Of a stretch of 54,337 nucleotides of DNA, positions 19,896 through 28,418 are shown in pieces. The first letter of the stretch is position 1, and each line of letters starts with the position of its first letter. A program made the position numbers and the translations under genes. The notes below the pieces were generated by a model that searched no databases, had not been told where the DNA came from, and worked only from the letters and a program-made list of their open reading frames with translations. The DNA lies in assembly GCA_964579285.1 (NCBI GenBank), contig CAZOHS010000004.1:1-54337 (forward strand), in the 5' to 3' direction. Source of the stretch: an uncultured Rhodospirillaceae bacterium (lineage in GTDB: Bacteria; Pseudomonadota; Alphaproteobacteria; MPNO01; UBA830).

Positions 19896-21239
19896 TTAGT
19901 TGTCCATCGTTCCTTCAATTTCAAGGGATGTTATTGTTTGCGCCCAAGGAGATTTTTCTCTTCTCTTAGCGGCGGTTTCCCTCCAGGAACTTTGCCAGGT
20001 TTTAGCCGGTACTATTGTGTCGATTGTAACTGGCCCCCGGTATTCAGAGTTAATTCTGCGTGGCGCCTTTACTTTGCTACTACCCTTTTTTGTGGCGTCA
20101 ATCTCTCGGAGAAGAAGTTTGCGGTTCGCAATAATCGCTTTGTCAGTGGTACCTAAATGTTCTGAAGTGCGATCCTGTACCGTTCCCAGGGATTCAACTG
20201 CCCATTGGTCATGGACGTTAATATCCGTCCCCATCCCCGTGTATGTTTGAGTGCGTTGTTCCTCTGGGTCGTAACCGTAATTATTTAATTTATTCTTTCG
20301 GGGACGATAATCGGGCAGGGTATAGAGCTCTAGCCGGTCATTCCGCATACGCTCTTTATCAACGGGTTCCGTGAAACTAGAAAAAATTGCATACCACCAG
20401 CTCTTAGTATTGTCGATCGGGACATGCCACTGAGTAAGCATAATGTCGTTACTTATGGGTATGACAACGGCATTGGGAAAAATTTGATTAGTTACGCGAA
20501 CATGAATGTCACTGTCATTTAGGGGTCGTAGAGCAAAAATGCGAAGCCCGATATCAGTTTCCTCGCAGTCTATAGTCGGGCAGTCATGTTCTCGAAGAAC
20601 CTTGGTGATTGCCAGGGAATTTTCCTCTGTTGAAAACCGAAATTGCTGCCCATAACCCTCTTCGTCTGTTTCATCGCTAAAAAAGCGATGCAAGAAAGAA
20701 GCGTGCGCGGGATCAATGCCGACTTCGTTCAACTGCAGCCAATTGCAATCCACAAAGCCTTTAAAGGAAAATGTATAGTTTTCGGGTGCCTCGAAGCAGT
20801 CAAATAAGGGAAACGGGGGCGGTTCTCCGTCTCCCATGTAGGTAAAAATTATTCCGTTGCGTTCGATGCAGGGATAGGCGACGTGGCGTATCTTTTTATG
20901 GAAATTGCTGGTCGGCGGTTCCGCGGGTTGCTCTAGACATTGGCCACTTTCGTTAAATAACCATCCATGAAAGGCGCAACGGAGCCCACCGTCTTCCATA
21001 CGACCAAAACATAGATCGGCGCCCCGGTGAGGACAATGTCGGCCGATTAGGGCATATCCGCCCTTCTCTGTCCGGTATAGAACAAGATCTTCGCCGAGCA
21101 ACTGCAGGGCTTTTAATGGTCGATTTTCGGGTAATTCCTCCGTTAGTGCCGCCGGCTGCCAATGCTTGCGTATCACATTACCACAATGCGTTCCTGGCTC
21201 AATTTCTGTTAACAGCCGATTGTCTTCGTGGCTTAGCAT
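19896..21239 (-). CDS. Rieske [2Fe-2S] non-haem iron oxygenase, single-subunit phthalate/VanA-type family
   Basis: 447-aa ORF with Rieske motif CPHRGADLCFGRMEDGGLRCAFHGW and mononuclear iron motif NEVGIDPAHASFLH. No beta subunit follows. Confidence 0.9.
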   Translation of the reverse strand: MLSHEDNRLLTEIEPGTHCGNVIRKHWQPAALTEELPENRPLKALQLLGEDLVLYRTEKGGYALIGRHCPHRGADLCFGRMEDGGLRCAFHGWLFNESGQCLEQPAEPPTSNFHKKIRHVAYPCIERNGIIFTYMGDGEPPPFPLFDCFEAPENYTFSFKGFVDCNWLQLNEVGIDPAHASFLHRFFSDETDEEGYGQQFRFSTEENSLAITKVLREHDCPTIDCEETDIGLRIFALRPLNDSDIHVRVTNQIFPNAVVIPISNDIMLTQWHVPIDNTKSWWYAIFSSFTEPVDKERMRNDRLELYTLPDYRPRKNKLNNYGYDPEEQRTQTYTGMGTDINVHDQWAVESLGTVQDRTSEHLGTTDKAIIANRKLLLREIDATKKGSSKVKAPRRINSEYRGPVTIDTIVPAKTWQSSWRETAAKRREKSPWAQTITSLEIEGTMDN

Positions 21240-21252
21240 AGATTTTCGCTAA

Positions 21253-22362
21253 CTAAAAATTTATTACACTTCGGATGCTTTCACCCTTGTGCATAAGGTC
21301 AAAAGCATCGTTGATCCGCTCGAGCGGCATCGTGTGAGTAATCATAGGGTCAATCTCTATTTTGCCGTCCATATACCAGTCCACGATCTTCGGGACGTCT
21401 CGCCGGCTCTTGGCGCCGCCGAATGCCGTACCTTTCCAGATTCGACCGGTCACGAGTTGGAATGGTCGCGTAGAAATCTCCTGGCCGGCACCGGCGACGC
21501 CGATGATTACGCTTTCACCCCAGCCACGATGGGCACATTCAAGTGCTTGTCGCATTGTATTAACGTTGCCGATGCACTCAAACGAATAGTCTGCTCCGCC
21601 ATCTGTTAGATCAACTAGATAGGGGACGAGGTCGCCTTCGACTTCATTCGGGTCAACAAAATGGGTCATGCCAAATCTCTCCGCCATTTCTTCTTTTGAC
21701 CGATTAATGTCGACACCTATAATTTTATTTGCCCCCGCGAGCCGCGCACCTTGAATAACGTTCAGGCCGATGCCACCAAGTCCAAATATTACTACATTGG
21801 AACCGGGTTCTACACCTGCGGTATTGATTACGGCGCCAATGCCTGTAGTAACGCCGCATCCGATGTAGCAAATCTTGTCAAAGGGCGCGTCTTCCCGAAC
21901 CTTGGCGAGCGCAATTTCGGGCACTACTGTGTGGTTGGAAAATGTTGAAGTCCCCATGTAGTGAAATATTTTATCTCCGCCCTTTGAAAAACGACTGCTT
22001 CCGTCGGGCATAACGCCTTGGCCCTGTGTTTCACGAATTGATGTGCAGAGATTGGTTTTTCCGGACAAGCAGGATTTGCATTGACGGCATTCGGGAATGT
22101 AAAGCGGAATAACATGGTCCCCCTTTTTCAGGGTAGTCACTCCGGGCCCACAATCGACGACAACACCAGCACCCTCATGGCCAAGAATCGCCGGGAAAAT
22201 ACCTTCTGGGTCAGCGCCAGACAGGGTGAATTCGTCCGTGTGGCAGACACCGGTGGCCATTATTTCCACAAGCACTTCACCCTCTTTGGGTCCATCAAGT
22301 TTTACGGTCTCAATTTCAAGCGGCTTTCCGGCCTCTATAGCAATTGCTGCGCGGGTTTCCAT
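21253..22362 (-). CDS. frmA: S-(hydroxymethyl)glutathione dehydrogenase / class III alcohol dehydrogenase
   Basis: It carries [18 protein letters not shown], the structural zinc cluster [15 protein letters not shown] and GLGGIGL. The start is placed at ATG 22362 ([20 protein letters not shown]...), giving 369 aa. The track ORF extends 33 codons further upstream without homology-like sequence. Confidence 0.92.
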   Translation of the reverse strand: METRAAIAIEAGKPLEIETVKLDGPKEGEVLVEIMATGVCHTDEFTLSGADPEGIFPAILGHEGAGVVVDCGPGVTTLKKGDHVIPLYIPECRQCKSCLSGKTNLCTSIRETQGQGVMPDGSSRFSKGGDKIFHYMGTSTFSNHTVVPEIALAKVREDAPFDKICYIGCGVTTGIGAVINTAGVEPGSNVVIFGLGGIGLNVIQGARLAGANKIIGVDINRSKEEMAERFGMTHFVDPNEVEGDLVPYLVDLTDGGADYSFECIGNVNTMRQALECAHRGWGESVIIGVAGAGQEISTRPFQLVTGRIWKGTAFGGAKSRRDVPKIVDWYMDGKIEIDPMITHTMPLERINDAFDLMHKGESIRSVINF

Positions 22363-22438
22363 TTTTACTTCCCAAGTAAATTTGTTTGAACAACTGTGGC
22401 AGTATGTTTTCAGCCGTGGGTTGTCAATGCAAGAAAAA

Positions 22439-23296
22439 TTAAGCTTGAATACGGCTATCAATAATTTCTGACAAGATCGGCATTAGGTACTTTCGGAATT
22501 GGTCCGGGTTTTCCGACATTGGAAAGTGGCCTAACTCCTTCATAATCACAGCCTCTATGCCAATTTTCTTCGCCGTTCGGATTGTGTCCTCGGGCGTGCA
22601 TGAAAAGTCATATTCGCCTGTCATTAAGTACACAGGACATTTTTGGACATCGATACGCGCAACTCTGTCCCTATAATCTGAGTCTTCCCGGTAAAAATTT
22701 AAATCACCTTTAAACACACCGGGGCCACTTGTCAGGTAACCCCAAAGTGTCTCCCAACGGTATTCTGTGGGGCTTTGAGGTGCCACGAGGCCAGATATTA
22801 GTGCAGAACATACTTCCCCGCCATGTACGTCCGACCTGTGTAGCCAGTCACGATCGTACCAGGGGTCTTGATGATCTGAAGCCTCGACCCCTATTACTGC
22901 TCGAAATTTATCGGCGAAGGCTTGGGCCATGTGGAGGACAATCCTGCCGCCCATAGAGCAACCTATTAGGACAGGTTGATCGAGACTTAGTTCCTGACAA
23001 AAGGTCAGGATCGTATCCGAATATAAATCGGTAGTCAGTTTGTATTCCTGGTTATGGTATCCTGCAGGTGGCAAAGATTTGCCATGCCACGGCATGTCGA
23101 AGGCAATAATTCGGTATTTACTGTTGATTTCTTGATCATTGAGCAAGTGCCGAAATTGGCTCGCGTCAGAACCGGCCGTGTGAAGGCAGACGAGCGGGAT
23201 GCCGCTGCCTGTTTCCTCAAAATATACTCGGTGAGGGCAATTATTAATGTCGAGGTGGAGGTATCTACCCACTGTGGCTTCGATCTTAGCTGTCAT
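22439..23296 (-). CDS. Alpha/beta hydrolase
   Basis: 285-aa ORF with oxyanion region VCLHTAGSD, nucleophile elbow GCSMGG and C-terminal GHFP. Confidence 0.8.
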   Translation of the reverse strand: MTAKIEATVGRYLHLDINNCPHRVYFEETGSGIPLVCLHTAGSDASQFRHLLNDQEINSKYRIIAFDMPWHGKSLPPAGYHNQEYKLTTDLYSDTILTFCQELSLDQPVLIGCSMGGRIVLHMAQAFADKFRAVIGVEASDHQDPWYDRDWLHRSDVHGGEVCSALISGLVAPQSPTEYRWETLWGYLTSGPGVFKGDLNFYREDSDYRDRVARIDVQKCPVYLMTGEYDFSCTPEDTIRTAKKIGIEAVIMKELGHFPMSENPDQFRKYLMPILSEIIDSRIQA

Positions 23297-23306
23297 GGGT
23301 CCTTCC

Positions 23307-23666
23307 TTACGATGTTCCCCGTAGCGTTTCTAGGACCTCTTTAACATAACGTAGGTTCGCCATCAGCGGTTGAATATCGCCTTCGATAATAGCATCGCCG
23401 CTCTTTGTCATGGCAAAAAGATCGTGATATCCGGGTGAGGGAACGGGCTGCCAGAAAGCTTCCCAAGTCTCCACAGAGGCGCGTATCGAAAAGCGCCAAG
23501 ATAGCATCAGGCGGGGGTCCCTCCCAACCTGAACAATTTTGCCGCATTGTGTCTCGATTAACCAATCATTCTCACCGACGCCAATGACAAACTTTTCCGA
23601 AAAAAACCGTCCGCGTGCGACGAGGGGTGTATTTTTATTAACTAAATCTTGTAGGGCTTCAAGCAT
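23307..23666 (-). CDS. SCP2 sterol-carrier-like domain protein
   Basis: About 119 aa. The pattern ...FVIGVGENDWLIE...MLSWRFSIRASVETWEAF...GDAIIEGDIQPLMANLRY resembles SCP2 ligand-binding domains. The start is ATG 23666, or TTG 23669. Confidence 0.55.
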   Translation of the reverse strand: MLEALQDLVNKNTPLVARGRFFSEKFVIGVGENDWLIETQCGKIVQVGRDPRLMLSWRFSIRASVETWEAFWQPVPSPGYHDLFAMTKSGDAIIEGDIQPLMANLRYVKEVLETLRGTS

Positions 23667-23678
23667 CAATCTCTGCTG

Positions 23679-25199
23679 CTAATCGAGGGTGTAGCGTCCA
23701 TCATTTAACCGGTTAAGCCGGCCTTCAGTATAGAAGTTTTCCAATTCTCTGACGATCTCACGTCCGTCGTCTGAATTTGTTGCATCCATAAGTTCTCGAA
23801 AAAATTGTGGACCTTCTTTAAGGGCCTCCTCAACCGTTTTCCTGCGTGTCTGCTGGAAACTAGGTGGATCCGGGATCTTCCATTCTTGCGCATCACCTTC
23901 GCCAAAAGGGCGTGTCAGGTCAAACCCAGCCTTTGCCCCAGACGTGTTACCCCCGAGGGAGGGGTCGAGGGGTACTGCCCGGTATCCATTGGACGTCATA
24001 AGATCACGATCACTTTGAAATCTTGTGGCTAATGCCCATTCCATCTGCTCATCACTATAAATATTTATGTCGGGGTCAACCATGAACACATGTTTCGTGT
24101 CTGCTGTTGATGCAAGTGCGGCTGCAATAGCGTTGCGAGCTTCGCCCGGCATTCTCTGGTTTATAGAAATTCGAGCATTGTACATGCCCCCTGTCGCGGG
24201 CGGACAATAAACCGCAACGGGTTCCCGGACGGCGTTCTCCAGTGCCGCCCAAATAGCCTGTTCTGTTCTCAGTGCACAAAGTTGTGCGGTATCTGTAGTG
24301 GCCATATTGCGACCACCAATAGTAGCAGTTTGGAACACTGCGTCCTCTCGGTGGGTAATAGCGGTTAAGTGAAAGACAGGGTTTTGTTTCAGGCGACCAT
24401 AGTAACCAACGTATTCTCCATACGGTCCTTCTGGCTCGTTCCATCCATCTGCGTCAAGGTAACCTTCAATGATATATTCTGCGTCTGCTGGGACACGAAT
24501 GTCACTGGTAATGCATTTTACCACTGGAAGGGGCTCACCCCGTATTGCGCCGATTAATGCCAATTCATCCGTTGGGGGTGTCATTGAAAGAGCGGCAATA
24601 GCATCTGCGGGATGAAATCCAATGGCGAAGGCAATGGGCAGAAGATTTCCGTTTTTTTGGCTTCCTCCGTAGATCATTCGAAGATCACTGGGTGCGTTCA
24701 GATCAATCCCAGCTTGCTGACGACCGCGGAGCATTAGGCGACGCATGCCCACGTTAGTCCTCTGGGTTTCAGGATCAAACGAAAAATCAAGTGTCGCCGA
24801 AATATAGGGCGCGCCATCTTCACCATGCTGCAGATGCACGGGGAGTGAGGTTAAGTCGGCTTCCTCCTCTCTCAGAACTATTTTCTGTACCGGCGCATCT
24901 TGCCCATTTATTTCCACCGGCTCGAGGGGCGCACGGAGCCGGTTTATTACCTCTGACAAGAGATCAGCCTCATCAAGCCCAAGTGACTTGGCAATGCGAC
25001 GTCGCGAACCCATAACATTACCCGCCAATTCTTGTCCTTCGGGCCCCGCACTGCGAAACCATGTTGCTTTGGTATTTCCCTCAAGACGTGAAGCGATTGT
25101 TGATAGCGGTGCGCTCTCCTTAATGATTTCTATTTCATCGTCTTTAACTAGCGACTCAAGGAAGGTACGGAAACGATATTTTTCGGTATCTGCAGTCAC
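23679..25199 (-). CDS. UbiD family (prenylated-FMN-dependent) decarboxylase
   Basis: It shows UbiD signatures TNVGMRR, PIAFAIGFHP, DELALIGAIRGEPLPVVKC, VPADAEYIIEG and EGPYGEYVGYYG. The start is placed at GTG 25199, forming a GTGA overlap with the upstream stop; the track ORF uses TTG 25235. Confidence 0.85.
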   Translation of the reverse strand: MTADTEKYRFRTFLESLVKDDEIEIIKESAPLSTIASRLEGNTKATWFRSAGPEGQELAGNVMGSRRRIAKSLGLDEADLLSEVINRLRAPLEPVEINGQDAPVQKIVLREEEADLTSLPVHLQHGEDGAPYISATLDFSFDPETQRTNVGMRRLMLRGRQQAGIDLNAPSDLRMIYGGSQKNGNLLPIAFAIGFHPADAIAALSMTPPTDELALIGAIRGEPLPVVKCITSDIRVPADAEYIIEGYLDADGWNEPEGPYGEYVGYYGRLKQNPVFHLTAITHREDAVFQTATIGGRNMATTDTAQLCALRTEQAIWAALENAVREPVAVYCPPATGGMYNARISINQRMPGEARNAIAAALASTADTKHVFMVDPDINIYSDEQMEWALATRFQSDRDLMTSNGYRAVPLDPSLGGNTSGAKAGFDLTRPFGEGDAQEWKIPDPPSFQQTRRKTVEEALKEGPQFFRELMDATNSDDGREIVRELENFYTEGRLNRLNDGRYTLD

Positions 25200-25993
25200 G
25201 TGGATACTCCTGCGGTCGTGGCAATTAGGTTCCAAAAACTCTTTGGATTTTCGACGTGCGCGTTATGTCCCAGACCCGCTAATTGAAGGGCGTTTCTATC
25301 GAGACTGCGGAGTTCTTCTATGGCGACCATCTGATCATGTTCGCCGGCTGAAAGCAGGATCGGTGCCTTCGCGGCATTGTATACGTCGCCGGCATTTGCG
25401 AGGGCGACCATTGCCGTGCGGTTGTCTGCGGCGAGACGCCATTTGCCGTTATTTTCAACTATTCCGGTTTGCGCAAATTCAGAATTAGGGTCGACTATGC
25501 CGCGGAGTCCCGTGACGAGAATAAATCGTTCTCGTGCTTCTTCTTCGGTGTTAAACCATCGCGCCGGAGTTCTTATTAACTTTAAAATTCCCGAGTATTC
25601 TTCTTCGCTCCAATTGACTTTCACACCTGTCGTAATCACAGCTTTTGGTGACACCCCAAACCAACCCGACGCGAGGAGTATACCTACAAGTCCCCCCATA
25701 GAATGCCCCGCTAGGTATACTTCTTCTGAATCCACTAATAATGCAGACATATCAGTGGCGTGATTAGCCAAACTATAGTTTGTGCTGTGACCAGATCTTC
25801 CATGCCCCCGCATGTCGGGGATTAACCAGCGGCCTGGCCACTTTTCTTGCAGGAACGGCTTCAGACCTTGCCAAATATTGCCGGTACCGGAGAGGCCGTG
25901 CATTAACAATAATGTTGGCGTTTTGTTGGTGCCGCCTTCTTCTACCCAGAGGTCTATAGCGCCTATATGGTTGAGGGTCATCGACCCTTCCAT
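25196..25993 (-). CDS. Alpha/beta hydrolase
   Basis: 265-aa ORF with LLMHGLSGTG, nucleophile elbow GHSMGG and C-terminal GLGHNAH. The alternative ATG 25981 would give an ATGA overlap with the crotonase stop. Confidence 0.8.
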   Translation of the reverse strand: MEGSMTLNHIGAIDLWVEEGGTNKTPTLLLMHGLSGTGNIWQGLKPFLQEKWPGRWLIPDMRGHGRSGHSTNYSLANHATDMSALLVDSEEVYLAGHSMGGLVGILLASGWFGVSPKAVITTGVKVNWSEEEYSGILKLIRTPARWFNTEEEARERFILVTGLRGIVDPNSEFAQTGIVENNGKWRLAADNRTAMVALANAGDVYNAAKAPILLSAGEHDQMVAIEELRSLDRNALQLAGLGHNAHVENPKSFWNLIATTAGVST

Positions 25994-26835
25994 TTCGGTT
26001 TTCTCTTCTCGCGAAAGGCCAAATTTCCTTCTCGCGAATCTTCGGATTGTATTAATATAGATTGTCCCAAACGTTCTATTAAACGCCCCGTTTCAGTATC
26101 GGTATTTTGGCATGTATTGATTACGTGCTTGGCCATACCGAGAGCGAGGGGTGCCCTGTCCATCAAAATTCGCGCAAACTCCAACGTTTCATCTAATAAG
26201 GTTTCTTGTGCGCAAACTCGGTTCACTAAGCCCCATTGTTCGCCCTTGCTCGCACTTACCGGTATCGTGGTCATCATCATTTCCTTTAGTCGGCCGATAC
26301 CCACCATTTGAATCATTCGGGATGCCGCGCCCGACGCCGGGATCACGCCAATATTGTTTTCAGTCAGCGTAAATTCGGCCTTTTTCGCCGCTATCCGAAA
26401 ATCACTGGCGATCGCTATTTCAACTCCACCCCCAGCGCAGATACCATTAATCATAGAAATGACCGGTTTTTCCATATTTTCCAGATCGTCTAGCATCTCG
26501 TGATTTGCCCGCACATACGCCCGATATTGCGGCGATGGTAGATTGTTTTCGTAGTCAAGCCCATTTATGTCCCGACCCGAGCAAAAGCCGCGCCCCGCAC
26601 CGGTTATTACAAGTACCCGGACGTTTTCATCAAAATTTACGCGCCAAATAACAGATCGTATTTCCCGAATCATTCGTTCGTCGAAGGCATTTAGTTTACG
26701 AGGGCGATTTAACGTTAAAAGTCCCACACCTTTTTCGACAACTTCAAAAATTATAGTGTCAAATGTTTCTGGGTGATCGATAAAGCCTAATGGTTTTCCG
26801 TCCGCGTCGAGGCGGACCGTCGGAGCATCCGACAT
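25978..26835 (-). CDS. Enoyl-CoA hydratase/isomerase (crotonase) family protein
   Basis: 285-aa ORF with GRGFCSGRDI and NGICAGGGVEIAIASDFRIAA, which are crotonase oxyanion-hole segments. Confidence 0.85.
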   Translation of the reverse strand: MSDAPTVRLDADGKPLGFIDHPETFDTIIFEVVEKGVGLLTLNRPRKLNAFDERMIREIRSVIWRVNFDENVRVLVITGAGRGFCSGRDINGLDYENNLPSPQYRAYVRANHEMLDDLENMEKPVISMINGICAGGGVEIAIASDFRIAAKKAEFTLTENNIGVIPASGAASRMIQMVGIGRLKEMMMTTIPVSASKGEQWGLVNRVCAQETLLDETLEFARILMDRAPLALGMAKHVINTCQNTDTETGRLIERLGQSILIQSEDSREGNLAFREKRKPKWKGR

Positions 26836-26912
26836 GATTATTGTGTCCCTACCTAATTTATATCCGTATCTTGTCCATCCGGCTTTGTTCGATCAACCGT
26901 CTTGTCTTAACA

Positions 26913-27911
26913 CTATGGGATGAGCACGCTCATTCCCTTTGTTTTGCGCGCTTCCATATCGCGATGAGCGTCCGAAGCGCGCGAGAGTGGATATTTCAAT
27001 CCGATAGAAATTTGTATTTTGTTTTGTACAACCATTGCGATCAGGTCAGTTGCGCGCTTAAGCATTTCTTCGCGGTTGCGAAGATGCCAAAGGAAAGCGG
27101 CGCTCGTGACGTATAGAGAACCTAGTTGGTTTAACTGAAACAAATCCACTGGTGGAATGGGGCCTGATGCGGTTCCAAAAGAAGCGAGCAATCCTCTCGG
27201 CCGCAGACAACGAAGTGACTCCTCATAGGTGTCAGCGCCAACAGAGTCATATACGACGGCGACACCTTCTCCGTCCGATAACGACCGCACTTGTCCGACC
27301 ACGTCGTCGCGACCCCGGACCAACGTATGCCGGCAACCAAAAGATGCCGCGGTTTCTTCTTTCTCCGGTGAGCCAACTATTCCGATAACCCGTGCCCCCA
27401 GATGGTTTGCCCATTGACAGAGAATTTGCCCTACTCCGCCAGCGGCGGCATGGACCGCGATTGTATCCCCTTTACCAACAGGATAAACATCGTGGATAAG
27501 GTAGTGGGCCGTGAGACCTTTAGTCGTCATCGCCGCTGCTGTTTCATCGTCTAACTCGTCAGGCAGCACGAAAAGTCGATCAGCTGACATTACGCGTGCT
27601 TCGCAATAGGCCCCTCGGGGTAGCGCGTGGCCACCGCTTGAATATGCTACTCTATCTCCAATGGAGAGGTGCTCCACCCCTTCGCCTTTTGCTTCTATCA
27701 CCCCCGACGCTTCCGCCCCGATACAATGCGGGAGGTGCGGAAGCGGATATCGACCATTCCGTGTGTGTAAGTCAGCAAAATTGACACCGATGGCATTGTG
27801 GCGAATTAGGACCTCACCAGGACCCGGCGCACCAATTTGCACTTCATCAAATTGAAGAACTTCTGGCCCCCCATATTCGTGTACGCGAATGGCTTTCACT
27901 GATTTCGGCAT
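26913..27911 (-). CDS. NADPH:quinone oxidoreductase-like MDR (zinc-type ADH superfamily)
   Basis: 332-aa ORF with VHEYGGPEVLQFDEV...GVNFADLHTRNGRYP and the nucleotide motif AAAGGVGQ. Confidence 0.85.
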   Translation of the reverse strand: MPKSVKAIRVHEYGGPEVLQFDEVQIGAPGPGEVLIRHNAIGVNFADLHTRNGRYPLPHLPHCIGAEASGVIEAKGEGVEHLSIGDRVAYSSGGHALPRGAYCEARVMSADRLFVLPDELDDETAAAMTTKGLTAHYLIHDVYPVGKGDTIAVHAAAGGVGQILCQWANHLGARVIGIVGSPEKEETAASFGCRHTLVRGRDDVVGQVRSLSDGEGVAVVYDSVGADTYEESLRCLRPRGLLASFGTASGPIPPVDLFQLNQLGSLYVTSAAFLWHLRNREEMLKRATDLIAMVVQNKIQISIGLKYPLSRASDAHRDMEARKTKGMSVLIP

Positions 27912-27941
27912 GTGTCGTCTTCGTCTATTAGCAAGGGTGTT

Positions 27942-28418
27942 TCAAAATGGGATGGTTAAACCATCCATCATGCTGTCACAGTTAACGAGCTCTACTTTTT
28001 TCCACTTCAACAAAAAACCGTCTCGGGCTTTTTCTAGGGCATGCCATTGCGTGCCTCCAAAAATTCTTTGTTTATCGCGTCTATATTCAATCATCTGAAA
28101 TTTTGAACGCACGATGTGCGTGTCATCGGCTTGTTCTTCAAGGGTTGCATTGGTGACAATACGACTCGTACGGGATATGGGGGTCTGAGCGTGCAGGGTT
28201 CCAGCTGCAAGTCTTCGCACCCGTGTTTCGAGTAGTTGGCGGTCATCGTACATAAGGGACACAGTGTTTTTTGGGTCCGTTTGACCTTCTTCTATAGGCA
28301 CCCAATACCAGCCATCTTCCGCAAAAAGGCCCAACCAATCATCCCAGCGTCGTTCGTCCAGAATTTTCGCTTCCTGAATAAGAAAATTTTCGATTTGAGT
28401 TAACACATGGGTCGTCAT
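27942..28418 (-). CDS. Aromatic ring-hydroxylating dioxygenase beta (small) subunit
   Basis: It has an NTF2-like pattern FLIQEAKILDERRWDDWLGLFAEDGWYW. The start is placed at ATG 28418, forming ATGA with the alpha-subunit stop (28415-28418), giving 158 aa. Confidence 0.8.
   Translation of the reverse strand: MTTHVLTQIENFLIQEAKILDERRWDDWLGLFAEDGWYWVPIEEGQTDPKNTVSLMYDDRQLLETRVRRLAAGTLHAQTPISRTSRIVTNATLEEQADDTHIVRSKFQMIEYRRDKQRIFGGTQWHALEKARDGFLLKWKKVELVNCDSMMDGLTIPF

Noticed and set aside
22363-22461. Upstream extension of the formaldehyde dehydrogenase ORF
   Set aside because: The 33 extra codons ([17 protein letters not shown]...) overlap the upstream hydrolase stop region and are not ADH-like. 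ATG 22362 yields the standard 369-aa class III ADH.
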